Part shown: piece after piece, positions 1-11,395 of the stretch
Numbering within the stretch: position 1 is the first letter of the stretch
Layout: each line of letters starts with the position of its first letter
Notes under the pieces: model-generated
Told to the model about the DNA's origin: nothing
What the model saw: the letters and a program-made list of their open reading frames with translations, nothing else
Databases searched by the model: none
Source: Octopus sinensis
Taxonomy: Eukaryota
Direction of reading: 5' to 3'
DNA: 64,000 nt
Assembly: GCF_006345805.1 (NCBI RefSeq)
Contig: NC_043000.1
Span: 104,346,001 to 104,410,000, forward strand
Made by a program: the position numbers and the translations under genes

Positions 1-510
1 CTCCAGTCTGTTTCAATGCCTCTTCAATAGCTTCCATATTTACTATTTCAATCCTTCTTCCTCCATTCACGTACACTCTATATTTGATGGTTCTACGGTT
101 GAACCACTCGCCACGCTTTGCTGGAGGTGACAGCTCGACTTCGCCGTTCTCCTCCTCTTTCATAAAATCCTGGAAGCCTGGTAATTTAGCCAGGTCCACC
201 TCTTTTTCTTTCGGCCTCATCACTCCTGCATACGTCTTTTCCAGCCTTCTATCCATTTCTTCCACTGCTCTTTCCAACTCCTCCTCCTCAGATGACGATA
301 ATTCCGACAAACTTTCAAATAAATTCTTCCCGAGGGAGAGGCGGTTCATAATCCTTTGTCTGTCTCACCTCAGACAGACAACGGCCGCCAGAACAGACGC
401 CGTGTGACGCGAAACCGTATCAACAATTATTCAAATAACAAATATGGCAACTTACGATAGAAATACTCCAGCTCCTCAAAACACGTGCGACCTGAACAAA
501 ACTTGAGCTA
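1..510 (-). mobile_element. 5' end of a non-LTR retrotransposon (5'UTR plus start of ORF1, ATG at 349), running off the left edge
   Basis: Minus-strand frame open from ATG 349 to the window edge (MNRLSLGKNLFESLSELSSSEEEELERAVEEMDRRLEK...EAIEEALKQTG), not in the ORF track. The U4-array spacer resumes abruptly at ~511 in its CA-rich tract. LINE identity is inferred from layout. Confidence 0.5.
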
Positions 511-796
511 ACACGCATACACACACTCAATCTCCCACGTAATTTCTGTTTATTCCCGCACAAAGCCATCGGCAGCTAATCCAGAATTTAATTCCCGGCC
601 CAGGACAAAACTCATAGGCACAAACACTCATACATACGCATGCACGACCGAACCTATGCACATACGTCCACATACGCGTATATACACGGACACACACACA
701 CATGCGCACCCACGTGATTTCGATGCCTTCTCTTTCTTAAATTTTTAACTAGCTGTCGTTCCTATGCATCATTGCCAAAAAATGACGACGATATGC

Positions 797-890
797 TTTT
801 GGGGTAGTTGTTGCTCAATAGAGTGTTACTGAGCTTAATCAATTCTTCGTGGTGGGTATCACGATCGCTACTTATATTCATTGCTCGATG
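797..890 (-). mobile_element. Short Penelope-like element fragment
   Basis: Reverse complement of 10510-10605 (HRAMNISSDRDTHHEELIKLSNTLLSNNYPKS). Confidence 0.8.
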
Positions 891-929
891 AATATATATA
901 TATATGTATGTGTGTGTGTGTTTGTGTGT

Positions 930-1129
930 CTGTGTTTGTCCCCCTAGCATTGCTTGACAATGCTGGTGTGTTTACGTCCCCGTCACCTAGCGGTTCGGCA
1001 AAAGAGACCGATAGAATAAGTACTGGGCTTACAAAGAATAAGTCCCGGGGTCAATTTGCTCGACTAAAGGCGGTGCTCCAGCATGGCCGCAGTCAAATGA
1101 CTGAAACAAGTAAAAGAGTAAAAAGAGTA
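930..1129 (+). mobile_element. SINE 3' part
   Basis: Follows a (TG)n tract and ends ...gctccagcatggccgcagtc...tgactgaaacaagtaaaagag(taaaaagag); recognised as an octopus-type SINE tail. Confidence 0.65.
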
Positions 1130-2360
1130 TACCGTTTCAACATACTGATTCATTTTTAAATTGCAATTTTTAGTGTTTAGCTATAAAAGAAAATTCAAAT
1201 GTCCGAAGAACAGTTTATTTCTGGATTGGAGTATCATCGCATTCAACTATGTAATGTTAATTCGGACATTAGTGTAAATTAGCTTTAGCACTTTGCATTT
1301 TACCACATAATATGCTGACTTGGACAGAGTATTCAACTATATGAATTTTAAGAAATCAGATGAGCATAGAAAGTTTGAACACTAAGAAAATTTGAACATC
1401 TCACATGCACATTACCGAAGTGACAATTGTCGTTATGATCATAAACGTCTTAGCAAACTGTTGAAAAAAACAAAAACAAAAAAAAAACAGGGCCCATAGA
1501 TGTTTATAAATCACGAGAAACTGCTCTTTGGACATCAAAAGAAAAGGAACAGAAATTGTGTGAAAGCAATTATGTTAATTCGATTTCAATTTAATTACAA
1601 TAGTTCCTTTTTTTATTTTAAACAAATATTTTGATATGTATACCCCTTTATGTATTTTTTGCTTAGCTGCTATTCTTTGACACCTATCACTGTTATGTTT
1701 TAATATTTAGCTATCGAAATAGTAAGTTATAAAATTTTGTATTGGCAGTCGTTCCTATGCATCATGCCAAAAAAATGACGACGATACGCACTAAATGGTC
1801 AATGGGACTCTAAGTTAAGGGAATCATTTAAACAGAGAACGATTGCAATAGGTTTTCCGACTAAAAGGCTATATTAATGTCTATTCTTTAATTGATATTG
1901 CACCATCTAACATGCACTTCACCGCAGTGAAGTGAAAATTGTTGTTATGATTATAAACATCTTAGCAAACTGTTGAAGAAAATTGGATCCATTGGTGTTT
2001 ATAAATCATGAGAAACTGCTGTTTAGACACCAAAAGAAATTGTGGGAAAGCAATTATGTTAATTTGATTTTAATGTAATTACGTTAGTTCCTCTTTTGTT
2101 TTCAATAAATATATTGATATTTACACCCCTTTATGTTGTTTTTTGCTCAGTTGCTATTCTTTGATACCTCACTTTTATATTTTAATATTTAGTGCCTTTT
2201 AGCTACCGAAATAGTGAGTTATTAAATTTTGAACTAGCTGTCGTTCCTATGCATCATTGCCAAAAAATGACGACGATATGCACTAAATGATGAACGGGAC
2301 TGTAAGTTCTGAGGAAACCACCACTGCAGTAAGTTTTCCAACCAAAAGGCTATATTAATG

Positions 2361-2374
2361 TCTATTTTTCAATT
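2361..2374 (-). terminator. Candidate snRNA 3'-box downstream of U4 (equivalent after every copy)
   Basis: Minus strand AATTGAAAAATAGA (copies 1,3,4) or AATTAAAGAATAGA (copies 2,5), starting ~8 nt after the gene; resembles the AAARNNAGA half of the 3'-box consensus. Confidence 0.45.
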
Positions 2375-2381
2375 GATATTG

Positions 2382-2521
2382 CACCTCCTCAGAGGTGAGT
2401 AAAAATTGCGCTTGCTATCTATTATGGATAGCAACGCGGGGTATTGGGAATAGTTTTCAACTAGCAATAACCACGCCTCGGATTTACCTCATTGGCCATG
2501 GTACCGCCTCTGCGCAAAGCT
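2382..2521 (-). ncRNA. U4: U4 spliceosomal snRNA, copy 1
   Basis: Reverse complement reads AGCUUUGCGCAGAGGCGGUACCAUGGCCAAUGAGGUAAAUCCGAGGCGUGGUUAUUGCUAGUUGAAAACUAUUCCCAAUACCCCGC...GCAAUUUUUACUCACCUCUGAGGAGGUG. It has the U4 5' end (U4/U6 stem II), K-turn GCCAAUGAGG..CCGAGGC, stem I UGCUAGUU, an Sm-type U tract and a 3' hairpin; 140 nt. Confidence 0.97.
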
Positions 2522-3699
2522 ACCGAAACTGACGCCATTTTTTAACTTAACAGAAAATCAACCCTATACAATCACTGATATTGCTTTTCACTTTATTGTT
2601 ATTCATTAATTCCCGTGAATAGTAGCAATAGATTTCTTTGGTGGCTGTGCATCGGTTGTATATATTTAATTGTTTAACTAATTCAAGAATGCCGAATATG
2701 TATTTTTATATCATATTTCTGTTTTCATATGTTTGGTATATGACTTTATACAGAAGTGACCTTTGTTTGATGATGTCAAGGCCGTTAGACTGACGTTTAT
2801 TCTTTGTTTGTGCCTGCACAAAGCTATCGACAGCTCATCCAGAATTTAATTCCCGGCCCAGGACAAAACTCATCGGTACAAACACTCATACATACGCATG
2901 CACGACCGGACCTATGCACATACGTCCACATGCGCGTATATACACGGACACACACACACACACACACATGCACACCCACGTGATTTCAATGCCTTCTCTT
3001 TCTTTTTTTTTAGTATTAAATGTAATGTTACATTGAGTACTTTTCCACTGAAGTGAAATCAGAATTGAATTCGGAATTTTCTTACCTAAATTTAGGTCGC
3101 ATGTCATTTCAACTACGCACTCAGAATTTGCTGTTGTACAAATTTCCACATTTCTCCAGGAATTTCAATCATCATCAGAATATTAGAGACAATAAAAATC
3201 ATTATAGATTTGAAATATTCGTAGGACAAATTACACTAAATATAAAAATCATTTATTCTTATAAACGTTTTTGAAATACTTTTAATCCCTTCATTATATA
3301 CAAGCGCAAAACCCGCAATCCATGCAAACTTTTATGTTTGTTCTGTGGTGTGTGCGAGATAGTTGATATGTAAAGGCACCTACCTTCTCTTCGCTCCGAT
3401 AGAGACCCTTCAGTGGTAACGGATCCTTCGTCACAGCCCCGACCCGAACGCTAAAGATAGCAGCTGCTTCACCCAACCTTAGCAACGTCTTCACACGTCT
3501 TAACACCTCGACGACCCACGTTGGAAAGGCCGAAATCCCCGCAGCCTGCGCACGCCTCACTGCAGCCCCTTCCGGTTGCCCCAGCTTCCGGTCAACGCAC
3601 CCAGCTGCTGACGTCATCCCACACGCCACCCTCATCTTAAAGATCACAATCTCTCCGCTCCATGTCGTAGTCCACCATCCAACCGGGAGGGCGCCTTGC

Positions 3700-6474
3700 G
3701 CGTCGAGATCTTCTCAAGCTGGGCACCTCGTTCTCCCCCTCTCCAGAATCGTCGTCGGTCGAAGCGACAATCCTGCGAAGGTCCAAGACGTGTTTCCGGA
3801 ATTGACCGCCGTCACCGTTCCTCTGCTCCATTGAGACGTACAGCGCGCTTTTGGTGGCTTAACCCAGACTTCCTCCCCTATTTTCACGCGAACGGGTCCC
3901 TTCTCTTCCTCGTGACCCTCCGGCGCTTTGCTCGGGTGCCTCCATTCATATTTGAACACAGCTCTCTGCGGCGCAGATTCCTCAGCTTACCCGGATCGGG
4001 GAGACAATTTGTACCAAAAAACTGCTTCAAGCGGCGAAATGTGCCCTCTTTCCGCTATGGCCTTGACTGTCCAATGGTGCCTCTCCACGATCCCGTTACC
4101 GCTCGGCCTATACGCTGCTCTGAACAAGCGACGCACATTCCACCGATCAAGCATAACCCTCAATGCTTCCGAACGAAACGCCGCCCCGGTGTCCATCAGT
4201 AGTTCTCTCTCTAAAAATATCCCGTTCAGGATCTGCGCGATCTCGTCAGCAATGCCCGTTCTTAACTCCCTCCAAATGGCCAGCCAGCCTGACCCGCAGT
4301 CGACCATGGAGAGGTAATTCCCTGACGGTAGAGTGTCACAACCACAGCTAGCCTTTTCCAGTTCTGCTCCTCCGAAAGGCTTCCCTGTTCATGCCCACAC
4401 GGAGCAGGGTCGATGGACTGACACCTGTCGCAGCTCCCAACCACCTTCCGGATGCTTCTCCTAGTGACGTCAGCATCAATTTTCTTCACCAGATACAGAG
4501 TCCTGTCCACACCCAGGTGATGCATAGCGTGCAGTCTCTTCAGTTCGCAGTCATCCAACCGACACGCCGCAGCTATCCCTTTCCGGGCCTCCTCCGGTTC
4601 TTCCAACCACGCTCTTTTCACCCTGGTCAGTGCGTCTGCCCTGTTTTTTTCCGAAGGCACGAAAACCACATTCAGCTTCAGTCCGAACTCGGCGATCAAT
4701 TCACCTAGAACTCCTAGACGGCGCTTCACTAACATCTCCGCGGCACCTTTCGTCCGCACTCTCCTTTCACCGGTGATCACCGATCCTACCCAGCCAAGCA
4801 CAGTGGCCGAATCCGTCCGATCTCAATTGTGCGCAGCCCCCATTTCAGGGCCAAGTTCACCCCTTTCAGCACCGCGTCTAATTCGGCGACATTGATGTGT
4901 TTGAAATCATCTGCTTTCCGAAGCCAGGCCGCGTCCTCCACCGCAGCACCTTCGATTGCCAACACAACCCCTATCGCTATACTGCTAGCAGCACACCAGA
5001 CGGTCCCGCATTCCGTCTTGGGAACGTACCAGTTCCCCCTGACCGGGTCTTCCGCTCTCGTCCTCTCTAGGATTTCCTGCATCATCGCCACCGTCCCTTC
5101 CCCCACCTTGTCGCCCCAACTCTCCCCCTCTGCTCGTCTCTTCGTGTAACTACACGCCGTGCGCAGCCATCCGGCGATCGGGTAGTGACCGACCAACTTC
5201 CCACACACCGAGAACAGCTCTCTCCTGCTGACGCTGGAACTCAGCTCTGGGATTTCATTCACTCTCCGGAACACCAATTCACCCGATCTATCTCTCCGCA
5301 GCTTCAGCCCCAGCGCGGATCCCCCTTCCATCGACTCCGGTGGCTTCGCAATCAGTCCAAACTTCGCCAGATGTCTAACTACCTCGTTGGCTGGCACTAC
5401 AGTTTCGTCCACCAAAATGTCGTCAATGTAGGAGCTGGTGGCCTTTCTAATCTTGCCGTCTTTCCCTAGGACGGACTTAAGCACTGCCGCCATGATCTTC
5501 AGAGCGGAATTCAGCCCGAAACCCAGCCTGGTTAAACAGTACGTCCGGCCTTTGTACCGCACCAGCTGATATCGCCACAGTTTGTCGCTCACATGGAGCT
5601 GCAAGTATGCCGATTTCAAGTCGACAATCGTCGCTGCCTCGGTCGACTGTCTCCACGCACGTAACGTCTCGCCACATACGTCTGTCGCCTCACCTCCCTT
5701 GTGACACGATATATGCTGGTTTAGCTCCCTGAAGTCCAACACCGGTCTGACTTTTCCCTTCGTAGGCTGCACCACCGCCATCAGGGGTAGCAATCCGCCC
5801 GTTACCTCCTCCTTCCAAGGGAGAAGGACCCCTTTCTCGATCCACCTCTCCACCCCGTCTTCAAACGCAACCCTGGCGTGGCCTTTAAGGGTATGTTGGT
5901 AACAGCTCACCCTGTTTTCCAGCGTCGGGTGCTCGTCCTTCCATTGCCACTCTATCGTCCACCGCTGACCATCGAACACCGCCTGAAAGTCTTTTTCCTC
6001 GATGGTGTAAGCGGCGCAGTCCCTCGCGGGGCTCTGCTCTCTCTGGCGATCCTGGCTCGCAGTGCACGACGCCCCCACGCTTCCGAACGTGACCTCATTT
6101 CCCACAACACCGACGCCACCAAGGCAGTTGATGGCGTCCATCCCCATCACCACATCAACACCATCTATCACGTGTTCAGCCACAATTACCTGCAGCCTTA
6201 GCGTCGCGCCGCGCACCACTATCTCTACCTTGCTGCTGCCTCTGCAACGGATTTCGCTGCCGTCGACCGCCCGGACGCTACTAGCCCCGTTCCATTCCTT
6301 CGTCACCCTTGAAGTCACAAGGGTGGTCGTACAGCCCGTATCCACGAGGGCCTTGAACGTCTTCCCCTCGGCTTCCACGTCAATTAATGGCAGCGTCTCC
6401 AATAACGCCTCTACTCGTTTGCGGGGAAAGTTCGAGAGGCAGCAACTTCCCCGCAGTCGTTTCCCTGGTCGCAA
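3700..6474 (-). pseudogene. pol: Gypsy pol (protease, RT, RNase H, integrase), frameshifted
   Basis: Protease ALVDTGC; RT RPVLDFRELN, DLKSAYLQ, YIDDILV; RNase H NVAELDAV; integrase HHCC (HAMHHLG..CDRC), LMDTGAAF, GIVERHH. Split over several ORFs, and two expected catalytic Asp positions look substituted (WCAASS, LAVVVT). Confidence 0.92.
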
Positions 6475-7156
6475 TCACGGGCGATGTGCCCTGTCTGCCT
6501 GCATCGATAGCAAACGGGCCCCATTTGCGTACAGTCCCGCGCCATGTGCGACCCCTGGCATCTAAAACACCGACCTGTGAACGGCCGCTTCTGTACGTCT
6601 TTCTCCGGTCGTCGCCCGTCTTTACGCACCTCCGTCACCGCCATCGCTATCGCCTTCCGCCCAGATTGTCGCGTCAACACGCGGACTTGAGTCACAGTTC
6701 GCTCAGTGCCATCTTTTTAATCCCGGGCAATCGTTGTAGGTGAATCCCTACATCGTCGGGGAACCCATTTACGAACGCCAGCCGCGCCGCTCGCCCCAGC
6801 CCTTCTCCCGTAAACCCAGCCAGCGTCGCTAACCTTCTAACTTCTGCCGCATACTCGTCCACTTGTCCCCCCGTCCACTGAATCGTACCCAGCTTAGCAA
6901 AAGCTGTGTATTCACATACTGTATCGGCATCCCGCAATCGTTGCTCTATTTTTTCCTCGTTCAGACGTTCTTCCTCGTCCATCTCAAGGTATAGCGTTAA
7001 CGCACTCCCTTCTAAATACAGCGCCATAAAACTTTCCACATCGCTTATACCTTGCAGTCTTGCCACCAGCCTGATTTTCCGCATCCAGGCCACTACATCG
7101 CCTTCGCCATTGAAGGGTCTGATGATGTCGCTGGCGATCCTGATTTTCGCAGACAT
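6411..7156 (-). pseudogene. gag: Gypsy gag with zinc knuckles, in-frame interruption at ~6692
   Basis: ORFs 6692-7156 and 6411-6695; knuckles CFRCQGSHMARDC and CYRCRQTGHIARDC. Confidence 0.85.
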
Positions 7157-7528
7157 CGTGGTGACGACTTACGTGGAACGCCGAAATAGCTTGTGGTGTG
7201 TGCGAGATAGTTGATATATAAAGGCACCTACCTTCTCTTCGCTCCGATAGAGACCCTTCAGTGGTAACGGATCCTTCGTCACAGCCCCGACCCGAACGCT
7301 AAAGATAGCAGCTGCTTCACCCAACCTTAGCAACGTCTTCACACGTCTTAACACCTCGACGACCCACGTTGGAAAGGCCGAAATCCCCTGCTGCTTCATT
7401 AAAAAACAAAATCGACATTGAATGAATAAACAAGTGAAACAATATGACTATCACAGTCATTTTGATATTATAAAGCAGTAGAATATAACAATATTCTTGC
7501 AGTTATTTTTTATATATAAATTTTCAAC

Positions 7529-7804
7529 ACAGCTCTTCAATATCCTCCCGAAGAACCTGAGAGACCTGCATGGGGTGGATACAGATGTCTTTAAAATGAA
7601 GCTGGATCTCTTCCTGTCAGGTGTCCCAGATGAACCAACTTCACGGCAGGAGGGGCAGATGAGGGCAGCTGCATCGAACTCTCTCATGCACCAAATAGCA
7701 GTTGCTAGAAAGCCTCCATGAAGTGAAACCAAGTAGCAACACCAAATGGCGGTGCCCCAGCATGGCCACAGCTCATAAGCTGAAACTAGAATCAATCAAT
7801 CAAT
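7529..7804 (+). mobile_element. 5'-truncated CR1/L2-type LINE 3' end
   Basis: QLFNILPKNLRDL...FKMKLDLFLSGVPDEP resembles the C-terminus of the RT ORF at 43976-45169; (AATC)n tail; absent from the paralogous site at ~19022. Confidence 0.8.
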
Positions 7805-8524
7805 ACTGATTATATTATATTTTTAAATTGCAATTTTTAATGTTTAGCTAAAAAAAAAAAAAAAGAAAATTATGTACGATGAACGGTTTATTTCTGGATT
7901 GTAGTATCATCGCATTCGACTGTTTAATACCAATTCGGACATTTATCTAAATTAGCTTTAGCGCTTTTCCTTTTCCCACATAATTTCCTGAAATGTCCAG
8001 AGTATTCAACAATATGAATTTTATGAAATCAGATGAGCATAGAAAGTTTGAACATCACACATGCACTTTACCGAAGTGAAAATTGTTATGATTATAAACA
8101 TCTTAGCAAACTGCTGAAGAAAACTGGACCCATAGATGTTTATAAATCATGAGAAACTGCTGTTTGGACATCAAAAGTAATTGTGTGAAAGCAATTATGT
8201 TAATTTGATTTTAATTCAATTACGTTAGCTCCTCTTTTGTTGTTAATAAATATATTGATATTTACACCCCTTTATGTGACTTTTTGCTCAGTTGCTATTC
8301 TTTGCTACCTGTAACTTTTATATTTTAATATTTAGTGCCTTTTAGCTACCGAAATAGTGAGTTATTAAATTTTGAAGTAGCTGTCGTTCCTATGCATCAT
8401 TGCCAAAAAATGACGACGATACGCACTAAATGATCAATGGGACTCTAAATTCTGAGGAGACCACCACTGCAGTAGGTTTTCCAACCAAAAGGCTATATTA
8501 ATGTCTATTCTTTAATTGATATTG

Positions 8525-8664
8525 CACCTCCTCAGAGGTGAGTAAAAATTGCGTTTGCTATCTATTATGGATAGCAACGCGGGGTATTGGGAATAGTTTT
8601 CAACTAGCAATAACCACGCCTCGGATTTACCTCATTGGCCATGGTACCGCCTCTGCGCAAAGCT
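8525..8664 (-). ncRNA. U4: U4 spliceosomal snRNA, copy 2
   Basis: Identical to copy 1 except one G>A in the 3' stem-loop. Confidence 0.97.
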
Positions 8665-9584
8665 ACCGAAACTGACGCCATTTTTCAACTTAACAGAAAA
8701 TCAACCCTATACAATCACTGATATTGCTTTTCACTTTATTGTTATTCATTAATTCCCGTGAATAGTAGCAATAGATTTCTTTAGTGGCTATGCATCGGTT
8801 GTATATATTTAATTGTTTAACTAATACAAGAATGCCAAATATTTAGTTTTTATATCATATTTATGTTTTTATATGTTTGGTATATGACTTCATACAGAAG
8901 TGACCTTTGTTTGATGATGTCAAGGCCATTAGACTGACGTTTATTTTTCTGTTTATACCTGCACAAAGCCATCGGTTGCTCATCCAGAATTTGTATCTGG
9001 GTCCTCGACAAAACTCATACACTGACAAACACACATATACACGCACACACAGAGGTAATTCCAATGCTTTCTCTGCTTTTCTAATTATTAAGTTTAGTGT
9101 TATATTGAGTACTTTTCTACGGAAGTGAAATCAGAATTTAATTCAGAATTATTCCTACCTAAATTTAGGCCGCATGGCACTTCCACTGCGCACACGGAAT
9201 TTGCCATGGCGCAAATTTCCACCTTTCTACGGAAATTTTAGGCATCTTCAGAATATTAAAAACAATTGAAAATCATTATAGATTTGAAATATTCAGAGGA
9301 CAAATGACATTGAATATAAAAATAATTCATTTTTAGAAACGTTTTTGAAATACTTTTAATTCTTTCATTATATATAATGAAGATAAAACCCCGTTATCTA
9401 TGCAAACTTTTGTTTGTTCTCGCCGAGAATTACTTATGCCTTTGGCCCATTCGATTACGATTTCAAAAACAAAAAACAAAAAAAAATTTATATGGAACAG
9501 TAAAAGTTGTAAAATATGACTATTGCAGTCAATTTGATATAGTAAAGTAGCAGAGTATAACAATATTCTTGCTGTTCTATACAT

Positions 9585-11395
9585 AAGAGATGAGGAATTA
9601 TGTACATTATTTACGTTATTTACAGTTGACAGATATTTGTCTTCATCTTTTTTGTTGTTAACAAAACTTTTCGGCTGATATACCCCCCAGTCTTCATCAG
9701 GTGTCTTGGGGAAATTTCGAATATGGGTTCTCATTCTTAAGGTATTTTTCGATGTTGTTGTTGTTGGTGTTGTTGATATCACATCTAGACTCATCATCTG
9801 GCTGGATTCAATGAGGGTATCCTTGATCAATTCTGTGAAGTGGGTGGAATTCTTCACGTACGATGTTGACTGTTCTGCTAATGGACTGATTATATCCACA
9901 AGGAAGCGGCTCAGTGGATGAATACAACCAGATGGTGAGTCTAGATGTGATAAGTCTGTTCACTAAAGTCCCAACTGGTGAAGCACTATCGGTGATTCAA
10001 GAAAAACTAGTGACAGTCATCCATCTAAAAGAACGCACTAGTATACCAATAAGAAATTTGATGGAAATGTTAACCTTCTGTGTAGAAACTACCTACTTAA
10101 ATATGGACACTGCTATATATCAACAAGAAGAGTGTTTAGCTATTGGTTCGCTATTATCACCGATAATAGCCAATATATAATGGAATACTTTGAGAATTTG
10201 ACTTTAGGATCAACAACACTAAAACCAACCCTATGGTTGCGATATGTTGATGACACCTTCATACTCTGGCCTCACCAGGAAGATGTTCCAGTGCTGTTAG
10301 ATCATGTGAACTCAATAAAGCCATCCATACAGTTCACAATGGAAAAAGAAAAAGACAATCAGCTAGCATTCCTGGACGTATTAATTATACGCACCAAATA
10401 ATTATTCAGGACATCCGTATACCGCAAGCCGACCTTCACTGGACGATGTCTCAACTTCAACTCCCGTCATCCATACAGTGTAAAGATATGGATTGCTCAG
10501 TGCCTAAAACATCGAGCAATGAATATAAGTAGCGATCGTGATACCCACCACAAAGAATTGATTAAGCTCAGTAACACTCTATTGAGCAACAACTACCCCC
10601 AAAGCATTCTCTCCACTCCAATTATGAAGAAAAGAGAGGATAAAACCAATAAACTGTCCACAGTCTGTCTACCCTATGTGAAAGGCCTCTCCGAAAAGAT
10701 ACAAAAGATATGTAGCCCATATAACATCAGGACAGTATTCAAAAGTAATATAACACTTCGCAAATATCTCTTTCGAGTAAAACCACCAACAGAAGAGAAT
10801 ATGACTAAGAACTGCGTGTACTCCATCGCATGCAGTTGTCGTAGGTTATACAAAGGCGAAACATGCCGCCCTTTCAAAATAATGATAGAGAAACATCGCA
10901 AAGCTGTGACACGAGGAGATATTGATAAATCGGGTATAGCTGATCATGTATGAAAAAATGGAGACCACCTCCCCCTGTGGGATAAAGTTAAAATAATAGA
11001 CAGTGAACACCACTGGAAAATACGAGAACTAAAAGAAGCAGCACATGTGCTAGGACACAACAACCTCCTAAGCAGACCAAGTGCAGATATGAACAGCATA
11101 TGGGAACCGGTATCAAGGAAGGATAGGAGAATATTAGACTTATGAGTCCTAAAATTCACTCCATAATTGCCCACTGGCATATGGCGTAGGGTTAAGAGCG
11201 CTGGCTACTAACTCCAAGTTCGATTCCAGGCAGTGACCTTAATAATAATAACAACATCGAAAAATACCTTAGGAATGAGAACCCAGGTTCGAAATTTCCC
11301 CAAGACACCAGATTAATGCTTGAGGGTATATCAGCCGAAACGTTGTGTTAACAACAAACAAGATGAGGACAAATATCCATCAATTGTAAATAATA
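9585..11395 (+). mobile_element. Penelope-like element copy 1 (RT + GIY-YIG), 5'-truncated with inverted 5' segment
   Basis: SLDVISLFT, GSLLSPIIANI, WLRYVDDTF, LAFLDV; GIY-YIG NCVYSIACSC..YKGET.R. 9585-9775 is an inverted copy of the 3' pLTR (11250-11395) and ~9776-9913 an inverted RT piece. aatattcttgctgtt occurs on both sides. Confidence 0.92.

Larger units (their letters stand above)
3344..7388 (-). mobile_element. Ty3/Gypsy LTR retrotransposon, near full length, defective; 5' LTR truncated
   Basis: 3' LTR 3344-3648 (TGTGG...TCACA) with adjacent purine tract (GGAGCGGAGAGAT on minus). 5' LTR remnant 7192-7388 differs from it at 1 of 197 nt by eye. Domain order gag-PR-RT-RH-IN. Confidence 0.95.

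Noticed and set aside
2250-2275. AUUUUUUGG on the minus strand as the Sm site of a second snRNA or SL RNA in the unit
   Set aside because: It lies in a hairpin loop, and no U1/U2/U5/SL features or separate conserved gene body are evident.
2886-3274. Recurrent short ORFs in array spacers (also 8861-9128, 12977-13244, 18177-18604)
   Set aside because: They recur only because the spacer is duplicated; frames are not conserved between spacer types.
3696-7214. Plus-strand ORFs of 100-170 aa inside the Gypsy element
   Set aside because: Antisense shadows of GC-rich gag/pol; no motifs.
11172-11235. Functional tRNA gene
   Set aside because: Anticodon and T arms are incomplete, there is no oligo-T terminator, and it is embedded in a retroelement.
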